A stretch of DNA of 64,000 nt from an uncultured Acidobacteriota bacterium. GTDB taxonomy: Bacteria; Acidobacteriota; Blastocatellia; RBC074. Of the stretch, positions 55,967 to 64,000 are shown in pieces; the stretch's first letter is position 1; each line of letters starts with the position of its first letter. The stretch spans positions 2,432,001 through 2,496,000 of the forward strand of contig CAWCKY010000006.1 in the NCBI GenBank assembly GCA_963796275.1, written 5' to 3'. The notes under the pieces were generated by a model. It saw nothing but the letters and a program-made list of their open reading frames with translations, did no database searches and was not told the DNA's origin. Made by a program: the position numbers and the translations under genes.

Positions 55967-57598
55967 TTACAACTCTGATCGCCTAAGTTTTTCGACCAGC
56001 TGCTCGCTCGTTCGCCAAGAGAGCGCAATGTTGGTGAGCGTCGGGTTTTTCTCCGGGTAGGCGGCAAAGACAGATGCGTCCCCGATGAACAGATTCGGCA
56101 GGTCGTGGCTTTGCCCAGCAGTGTTGACTACGGAAGTCTTAGCATCCGTCCCCATCCGGCAAGTACCGGCCCAGTGATTTGAATCGATAATCAGGTCGGC
56201 GACTGTGATTCGCCCCGGCGTTTTGACGACCTGCCCGTCGCCGGCCCGGATCACATCTTCGCACGTCTCGGCGCAATCCTGCGCCATTGCCACGTCGCTC
56301 GCACTGTAATGCAGATGAATGCGTGGGCGCGGCAGGCCGAAGCGGTCTTTCGTATCCGCGTCGAGGTCAACGAACGTGCGTGGTGTGTTCTCAATCGTGC
56401 CCTGCATGTTCATTACCGCATAGCCCGCGTTGAGTTCGCGCAGGCCTTTCTTCATCCCGCTGCCGAAACCGACCACGTCGCGTAGCGCGAGCGGCGCGCG
56501 ACCGGCACGCAGCCCCGCGCCGCACTGTACTTGATAGCTGCCGTCAAAGTTCGGATGCGGCTTATCCCAATTAAGCCCTGTCAGCAAGCTGTGGAATTGG
56601 TCCGTTCCGTCTTCATTGCCCGCCGCGCGGCTGGCGAGTTGCGGGAAGAATCCGTAGACGTAAAAGCCGAAGTGGCTGAGCAGATTTCGGCCCACCTGCC
56701 CGCTCGAATTCGCGAGGCCGTTCGGGAATTCGCGCGTTTTATTCAGGAGCAGATGACGTGCCGTCTCGACCGAGCTGCACGCGAGGATAAAGGCTTTCGC
56801 TTCAATCTTCTCCGTCACGCCCCGCGTGTTGACGCATTCGATGGCGGTGACCTTGCGTCCAGTCCGGTCGGTCAACATACGGACCATCATCCGTCCGGTC
56901 AGAAGCGTCAGCTTACCGCTGGCGAGCGCGAGCGGGATCGGGGTGTTGGCCGAAGTGTATTTCGCATCCACGTCGCAGCCGAGCATGCATTGCCCGCAGT
57001 AATGGCAGACGGCGCGCTTTGATTCGTGCGGCTCGGTCAGGATGGCCTTGCGCATGGCGATGAAATCCATCCTGCGCCCCTGCGCCTTGAGGCGCGCGAC
57101 GCCGCGCCTGAGTTCGCCCTCGGGGCAACGCATCGCCATGCCCCGCTGAAATTCGCCGTCAGGCAGATTCCACAGCCCATCCTTGTCGCCGTAGACTCCC
57201 ATAAACTTCTCGGCGCGACTGTAGTAAGGCGCGACCTCTTCGTAGCTGATAGGCCACCGCTTAAAATCGAGCGGGCCAAACCGCAACGAATGCCCGGCCC
57301 AACATAGAGAGCGTCCGCCGAGTGCGCGCAACAGTCCGTGCCGCGGGTTATCGCCGATCGGGGTGAAATGATCGCTCTCAAAAGCGAGGCGCGGAGTCGT
57401 GTCGCGGCCTCCTCGGGCGCGCGCGGCAAAGGCTTCATACGGCCAGGCATGCGTCCCAAAATCAATCCCGGCCTTCAACAGCTGCCCCGCCTCGACGAGC
57501 GCCACCTTCAACCCAGCCCCCGTTAAAACGTAAGCGGCGACGCCGCCGCCCGGTCCGCTGCCCACTATACAGACATCAAAGATTCTTCCTTGCTTCAT
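55967..57598 (-). CDS. GMC family oxidoreductase
   Basis: DVCIVGSGPGGG, CHYCGQCMLGC, HWAGTCRMG, KNPTLT. Confidence 0.9.
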   Translation of the reverse strand: MKQGRIFDVCIVGSGPGGGVAAYVLTGAGLKVALVEAGQLLKAGIDFGTHAWPYEAFAARARGGRDTTPRLAFESDHFTPIGDNPRHGLLRALGGRSLCWAGHSLRFGPLDFKRWPISYEEVAPYYSRAEKFMGVYGDKDGLWNLPDGEFQRGMAMRCPEGELRRGVARLKAQGRRMDFIAMRKAILTEPHESKRAVCHYCGQCMLGCDVDAKYTSANTPIPLALASGKLTLLTGRMMVRMLTDRTGRKVTAIECVNTRGVTEKIEAKAFILACSSVETARHLLLNKTREFPNGLANSSGQVGRNLLSHFGFYVYGFFPQLASRAAGNEDGTDQFHSLLTGLNWDKPHPNFDGSYQVQCGAGLRAGRAPLALRDVVGFGSGMKKGLRELNAGYAVMNMQGTIENTPRTFVDLDADTKDRFGLPRPRIHLHYSASDVAMAQDCAETCEDVIRAGDGQVVKTPGRITVADLIIDSNHWAGTCRMGTDAKTSVVNTAGQSHDLPNLFIGDASVFAAYPEKNPTLTNIALSWRTSEQLVEKLRRSEL

Positions 57599-57983
57599 TG
57601 CTTGAGCCTCTTTGAACTTGGAGGTATTGAGAGGGCGGTCTTCACACAAGCCGGGAGATTTCCACAAACTCGGTCAAGCGCAGCGCGTTATTTCGTTTCA
57701 TGTCTCGGCTGAGCCTGGTACTCGCGTCGAAATCAACTACCCGCCCTTCCTAGGTAATTACCTTTCCCGTGTCGTCAATAATATTGGCAGCGCGCATAGA
57801 TGTCGACCATGGCGAGCGGGGCAATGAGGGATTTTTGAAACAATTCAATCTCCTGACATATCAATCTCCTGACATAGAAGAAGCGCAGGCGCTCACTCGG
57901 CCGGCCACAAACCACACGTTGCGAAAGATAGGAAGCGAGGCAAATCTTGCCTGAGTGTGCGGGAAATCTAACGCACCAACCGG

Positions 57984-59728
57984 TTAGCGACGAAGCGTTT
58001 CAGGCAGCGACCGCATAAATTCGCGGACGGATGCGATCTGGGTGTTCTCCGAGATGAACTCGAAGTCATACGCGCTGACGAAAAGTAATTTGGGGTCCCG
58101 TGAAACGGCGACGCACGCATGCAACGCGGGAAATTCGTCGATCAAGGCAAGCAGGGTTGTCCACGCCGGCATGTCCAGTATCGCAATCACATCCAGCGCA
58201 TCTCGAGCGCGCCATGGCGTTCCAGCCTGCCATTGTCTGGCCATCTCGATTCGAAGCGCGTCGAGCCCCTTCTGAATGTCGCGGTCGGCACAGCGGAGAC
58301 AGGTAAGGACTCTGATCAATTCTTCCGCCGCGTACATGCCGACCGCGACATGAAGGACCTTCCACCCGACTTGGAACACGCTGACGAGGTCGTGATCGAC
58401 AAGAAATGAGTCGGGCAGCGCCGTTACGTTCGCCGGAAGCCAGTGAAACGGCCAGTTCTCCAAGCCGAGGTTGCAGACCGCGATGGCCGCATCCGACGCC
58501 TCCTGCACCGAGAAGGGCCGCGCCTGAATGGAACATCCTGCCATGAGCGTGTTCGCAAGATAGGCGAGTTCCTTTTCCCTCGCCGAGTAGACGGCCTGGT
58601 CACAATCGAGCACGAACTGCATGTGCAAATGGATACGCCCGAGATGCGGCGCGTGCGCCTCTGATCCGGCGAGCAATGCCCGAGGCGGCGGCGCGAGGAT
58701 ACCTGCCTCGTGAGAGTAAGATCGAACGACTCGCTGGCGAACCGCACTCCACGGTGTCCTCTGAAGTCGCCGGCGTCTCCGATCCTGCCGCCAAACGCCC
58801 GAACTCACTCCGGGCATCCGCAGCAGTTGTCTCGTCGAGTGCTCGGAAATATGCGCGCGCGACCGGGTTGGGGGGCGGCATGGCGTCGCTCTCGAGCTGA
58901 ATCTGGCGCGACATCTGGAGGAATGCGCGAGCTTGCGCGGGCGTCACATATCCCTGCTTCTCCCTGCGCCGCTCACGATCGACTGCCAGATCGAACTGGT
59001 CCTGGTCACTGTCGGCGAGGAGGTTATCCAGTCCATCGACCTCGGGCTTTGAGTTGGAGAGCGATCGGCATCCCCACATAACCTGATGGAAGTAGTCGGA
59101 ACAACTCTCCTCGAGGGACATCAGGACCGCGACGATCGCCTCCCACGAGTCGGTGCGCATGGCCACGAGCAGGTAGCCGCCTACCTCGAATGTGAGACCA
59201 TCATCAATAACGCGATTCGCATCGATCAGATCCCCATCCGTAGTCTCATAGGGAGTGATTGCCGCGCTGTCGTAGACGCGCAGCGTGCTGCGCGAGACCG
59301 GCGATCACGAGATCAACGTCTATTTCCGCGAGCTTCTGCGCCGAAACCGCAGCGCCATATTCCACCAGCACTTCGAGCCATACGCCGAACCGATCGGCGT
59401 CGAACTGCTCATCCAGGCCCGGTTGGGCGGCGCGCCACAGGTCGAGATCAAAAACACGCGCCAACTGCTCGGGCGTCGCCAGCGCCACGAGTTCACCGCA
59501 ATCCTCAAGTCCATAACTCTGAATGACCCGGTGTAGCAGCTCGGGCTGCAATCGAGGGACGACCTGTGCGAGCTGCGGCGTGTTCAGGATGCGATCGAGC
59601 AGATCACCCCCGTCTGGAGCTTCGCGCCGCGCGGGCTTGTCGTCGGACCGCCCCGCGTCGTCTGTGCGCATATGCGATTCCGGAACGTTGGTGAGGCGGC
59701 GGCGCCTACGATGAATAGATTTTGACAT
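57984..59728 (-). CDS. Conserved hypothetical protein (DUF6178-like), frameshifted
   Basis: GLEDCGELVALATPEQL..VFDLDLW, REKQGYVTP.QARAFL and ELAYLANTL lie in three ORFs; AGAGG RBS. Confidence 0.65.
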
Positions 59729-60104
59729 GGGCCTCTCTCATTTCACCTGTGCTGAAAATACCTTCCTTAGCTGAAGAATCAATCGTGCTGAATCATCTAT
59801 GATCAGGAGCGGCAAGCAAAGTTTTGTGATGAGATTTTTGAGCCGCAGAATCAGGCACATCGCCGGTGATTGCGATATAATAAAATTCAGGATAGGGGAT
59901 TTTAGCCAGTAAATGAAAATTCGGATCTTCGCAGAGTCACACATCTTTCGCATTCGTTCTTGCCAAAATTTGAAGAGATTGAAAATCTCGAACTTGACGT
60001 GAGGACTTAATATCACGAATCATGCTACGCCACTTTGTGGAGGCTCTGTCTTTTACTTCACGTTTTGTTCAAAGTCGGGCTGAAGTTTCCGCGAATATGA
60101 TAGT

Positions 60105-60881
60105 GTGAGACCAACAATGATCAGATACTTAAGGCACGTGAGACCTGTCCATGAGAAGTGTACTCGGGAGATTCGGGTTGCATTAATCATTGCGAAGTAT
60201 TCATGCGTGCTTGCTGCAGCCAGTACTCTCGTGAGTTTATCTGCTTCGCGAGTCTGCGCACAGCAGACTGCGCCAGCGACACCGGTCGTTGTCCAACCTG
60301 GCGCACCGGGGAAACCGACGCGGACTCTTCCCCCGACGACGAGGGGCACTCTGCCGCCAGCCTCCCCAGCGGATGTGCTGTTCATGCAAGGTATGATTAT
60401 GCATCATGCACAGGCGGTCGAGATGACTGCCCTGATCGAATCGCATACTGAGAACAAATATCTGAGGACGCTGGGAGCTCGAATCAGCAGCTCGCAGTCC
60501 GACGAGATAACCTTCATGAAACGGTGGCTTGCGTTCCGCGGACAATCAATTCCGGAGGCGATGCCTGACATGCATCACGAGAAGATGTCGCACGAGAAGA
60601 TGTCGCACGAGTCGATGGCGCTTATGCCTGGCATGCTTACCCCGGAGCAGATGGAGGCGCTCAGGAAAGCAAAAGGCGAGAAGTTCGACCATCTTTTTCT
60701 GAAAGGAATGATTCAGCACCACGGCGGCGCTTTGACCATGGTTAAAGATTTGTTCGACTCTGCAGGTGCGGGACAGGACGCTGAATTGTTCAACTTCACA
60801 ACCGACGTAGATAGCGGCCAGCGCGCCGAAATCCGTGTCATGCAAAACATGTTGGAGAAAAAACCTTTAAAGGATAAATGA
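60105..60881 (+). CDS. DUF305 (ferritin-like, CopM-like) protein
   Basis: QPGAPG, FMQGMIMHHAQAVEM, MPGM, MIQHHGGALTM. Start position uncertain. Confidence 0.85.
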   Translation: MRPTMIRYLRHVRPVHEKCTREIRVALIIAKYSCVLAAASTLVSLSASRVCAQQTAPATPVVVQPGAPGKPTRTLPPTTRGTLPPASPADVLFMQGMIMHHAQAVEMTALIESHTENKYLRTLGARISSSQSDEITFMKRWLAFRGQSIPEAMPDMHHEKMSHEKMSHESMALMPGMLTPEQMEALRKAKGEKFDHLFLKGMIQHHGGALTMVKDLFDSAGAGQDAELFNFTTDVDSGQRAEIRVMQNMLEKKPLKDK

Positions 60882-62908
60882 TGAATCGATTACATATCCT
60901 GGCTCTCCGTTTACTCGTAGGCTCCCTTCTTTTGTGGTTTTGTTCTGCCGGCAATATGCAGGCGCAAACGCCTTCGTCTCAGGAGTCAACGAAGGCAGCA
61001 AATGCTAAATCCGACCAAAAGAACGGAGAAGCGGATCTTGCGCCTGAACCGGCGCCGCCGCTCCCCGCCGGAATGACCGGCTCAAATGCCAACGACCCGC
61101 GCGCCAAACTGACACCGGGTATGTACGACGCAGGAGAAGCATCGATGGGCATGAAGCACCTCCTGTTGCTCAAGAAACCTGATTCGTTTCAACTCGGCTC
61201 GGCTGATCCTGATGATCCAAACGTGCAGAAGACGTTGGGGCTGCTCGGCGTTCCCAACGCCTCAAAGATGACTAAGCCGGCCCAACTAGTTATGGCTCAA
61301 CTGGCGTTTGCAAACTCGGACCTTGCGTTCCAGGGAAAACACCTGTTTATGGGTAATTTTTATGGAGTCAATATCTATGACATCTCCAACCCCTCTAAGG
61401 CCCAGTTGGTAACGTCGATGGTATGTCCGGGTGGTCAAGGGGATGTGTCGGTATACAAGAATTTGATGTTTATGTCGGTCGAGATGCCAAATGGCCGCCT
61501 CGATTGCAGCGTACAGGGATTTCCACCCGGCCCACCGCCCGCTGCCGGCGAAGAGAAAAAGCCGACTCCGCCTCCGCCCGCGCCGCAAAAAGATCGGTTC
61601 CGCGGCGTTAGGATTTTCGATATATCCAACATTAAGAGCCCCAGGCAGGTAGCAGCAGTGCAGACTTGCCGCGGTTCGCACACGCATACGCTTGTAGTAG
61701 ATCCGAAGGATAAGAAAAACGTCTATATCTACGTATCGGGCACATCGTTCGTGCGTCAAAGTGAAGAGTTGGCCGGGTGTTCAGATGAAGCGCCGGATAA
61801 AAACCCGAACACGTCGCTGTTTCGCATTGAGGTAATCAAAGTCCCGCTGGCTGCGCCGCAGAATGCACAGGTGGTGTCCAGTCCTCGTGTGTTTATCAAT
61901 CCCCGAACAGGCGCGCTCAACGGGTTGAACAACGGAGGCACTCATGGCAAAGACGGCGTGGAGAAGCCAACCGACAGCAACCAGTGTCACGATATTACAG
62001 TGTACTCGTCGATAGGGTTGGCAGCAGGCGCCTGCTCCGGCAATGGAATCGTGCTTGACATCAAAGATCCCGTGAATCCGAAACGCCTGGACGCCGTAAA
62101 CGACCCGAACTATGCATATTGGCACTCGGCTTCGTTTTCGAACGATGGGACAAAGATCGTGTTCACCGATGAGTGGGGAGGGGGACTGGGCGCGCGTTGC
62201 CGCCCCAACGATCCGAACAAATGGGGCGCCAACGCTGTGTTCCATTTGAAGGATAACAAGCTTAATTTCGCGAGCTACTACAAGTTGCCAGCAGCACAGA
62301 GCGATACCGAGAATTGTGTGGCGCACAACGGTTCTCTCATTCCAGTTCCCGGTCGCGATATAGAAGTGCAAGCCTGGTATCAGGGTGGCATCTCTGTTAT
62401 GGACTTTACGGACGCGGATCATCCGGTTGAAATTGCCTATTTCGATCGTGGGCCGATCGATCCAAATATGCTCGTACTGGGCGGCGACTGGTCCGCCTAC
62501 TGGTACAACGGTAACATCTACGCTTCGGAGATCGCCCGCGGTCTGGACATCTTTGAACTAAGCCCAAGCGAATTTCTGACTCAGAATGAGATTGATGCCG
62601 CGAAAACGGTGCGAGTGGCTGAGCTCAATGTGCAGAACCAGCAAAGGATCGAGTGGCCAGCTCGGTTGGTAGTTGCTAAGGCTTATCTGGATCAATTGGA
62701 GCGATCGCAGGCATTGGCGGCGGACCAAATCACTGCCGTGCGGAGCGCGATTCAAAGCGCAGAGAGTTCACAGCTGAAGCGAAGCGAGGTCGCAAAACTC
62801 CAGAGCTTCGTACGTTCGCTGAAAGAAAGCGCTCGAACGACCGATAGTGCGGTAGACTCGAAGCGATTGCAGGCTCTGGCGGAAATACTACAGCGCCCCG
62901 CAAAGTGA
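60878..62908 (+). CDS. Secreted LVIVD-repeat protein
   Basis: NSDLAF, CPGGQGDVSV, CRGSHTHT, CHDI, DEWGGG, CVAHNG, AWYQGG. ATGA overlap with the DUF305 gene. Confidence 0.85.
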   Translation: MMNRLHILALRLLVGSLLLWFCSAGNMQAQTPSSQESTKAANAKSDQKNGEADLAPEPAPPLPAGMTGSNANDPRAKLTPGMYDAGEASMGMKHLLLLKKPDSFQLGSADPDDPNVQKTLGLLGVPNASKMTKPAQLVMAQLAFANSDLAFQGKHLFMGNFYGVNIYDISNPSKAQLVTSMVCPGGQGDVSVYKNLMFMSVEMPNGRLDCSVQGFPPGPPPAAGEEKKPTPPPPAPQKDRFRGVRIFDISNIKSPRQVAAVQTCRGSHTHTLVVDPKDKKNVYIYVSGTSFVRQSEELAGCSDEAPDKNPNTSLFRIEVIKVPLAAPQNAQVVSSPRVFINPRTGALNGLNNGGTHGKDGVEKPTDSNQCHDITVYSSIGLAAGACSGNGIVLDIKDPVNPKRLDAVNDPNYAYWHSASFSNDGTKIVFTDEWGGGLGARCRPNDPNKWGANAVFHLKDNKLNFASYYKLPAAQSDTENCVAHNGSLIPVPGRDIEVQAWYQGGISVMDFTDADHPVEIAYFDRGPIDPNMLVLGGDWSAYWYNGNIYASEIARGLDIFELSPSEFLTQNEIDAAKTVRVAELNVQNQQRIEWPARLVVAKAYLDQLERSQALAADQITAVRSAIQSAESSQLKRSEVAKLQSFVRSLKESARTTDSAVDSKRLQALAEILQRPAK

Positions 62909-63150
62909 GCAGCAATCCGTGTTGATGCTCCAGAGCGACTGAACAGCGCTCCGCTCAAGCGAGACGGCAAAGTAGTCGACGGGCAGTTCGGCGCACATCG
63001 GTAAGAAACAGATCGCCGAATGCGATGCCTTTAATGCCATTCGCCTGTGCCGCGCCGATCCTCTCATCTGAACCTCGCGAGCTGCGCTGCTGCGAAGACG
63101 TGGAATCGACGGTGGTGGTGAGCACGCTTTCTTCAAATCGACAACGATTG

Positions 63151-64000
63151 ATGAGCGTGGAGATGGGGTTTGAGTCTCAGGGTCTGATTGCGGCTAACCT
63201 TCCCCTGCCGATGGAGCGCAACCCGGACGCAGCGACGGTGACGATGTATGTCGATCGCATCCTAGATGAGGTGCGTGCGGTGCCTGGAATCCGCGAGGCG
63301 GCAGTGGCCACCGGCCTTCCACTGCAGGGGTGGGGCGATGGTATGCCGTTTCGCTTATCGGACAAGCCGGATGAAGAGGTGGGAACCGGTTTCAAAATTG
63401 TCTCCCCGGAATACTTCCAAGCGCTTGGGCTGCCGCTGAAGGCGGGACGCTTCCTCGACAAGCGCGATACGGCTAACTCGCCGCCCGTGGTTGTCGTGAA
63501 CGAATCTTTCGTCGAACGCTATTTTCCCAAAGAAAACCCAATCGGTAAGCGCATCCTGGTTGAGAAGATTCTTCCGAACCGGCGCGGGCTGGGCCCTCAG
63601 ACCTCGTGGGAGATTGTGGGGGTGGTGGTTGACGAAAAGGGCAGGGGATTGGAGAGCTTGACCGACGTCGGCACCTATGCCAGCTTCACGCAAAATCCGG
63701 TAGTCGGTTTGGGAATCGTGGCGCGGGGGAGCGGCGACGGAGGTGCGTTGATTCAGTTAGTGGCGCGAGCTGTAACCAGAGTTGACAAGACGCAAGTACT
63801 CGATCGCGCAAGGACTGTCGAGGAGATGAAGAGCGAATCCCTGATGTCACGACGGTTGACAACTTCGCTGCTCGGCGGTCTTTCACTGCTGGCGATGCTT
63901 CTGGCTTGCGCCGGTATCTATGGCGTGCTTTCGTTTGTCACCGCGCGGCGCAGGCACGAGGTGGGGATTCGCATGGCCCTGGGCGCAACCCGTTTCGCCA
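63151..64000 (+). pseudogene. C-terminal half of an ADOP-type ABC permease, running off the window
   Basis: VRAVPG, VSPEYF..LG.PL..GR, VVNESF, GIYGVLSF, EVGIRMALGA. No N-terminal half between 62908 and 63150. Confidence 0.75.

Overview
High-GC bacterial window, most likely Acidobacteriota and possibly Blastocatellia. This is inferred from a PadR plus duplicated orphan ABC permease, an Oar-type TonB receptor and a secreted TPR-CHAT protein. Positions 0-25 kb form a glycan and sulfate-ester catabolic region: three intact Cys-type sulfatases, four sulfatase remnants, two GMC flavoproteins, two adjacent planctomycete-type cytochrome c/DUF gene pairs, and a DUF1961 plus PL26-like lyase pair. Positions 25-35 kb hold small enzymes and a tandem array of about 80-bp paired-palindrome (REP/BIME-like) units. 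Positions 35-46 kb hold a TonB receptor, a vanadium haloperoxidase-family gene with a non-canonical active-site loop (PGGN in place of PSGH), a divergent secreted TPR-CHAT protease and a GH51. Positions 47-64 kb contain several frameshifted genes (probably partly sequencing error), a single-chain acyl-CoA carboxylase, a third GMC and a DUF305/LVIVD pair. Five unrelated-looking palindromic repeat elements occur with no transposase in the window. I saw no rRNA, tRNA or CRISPR array. All family assignments come from motif recognition by eye, not database searches.
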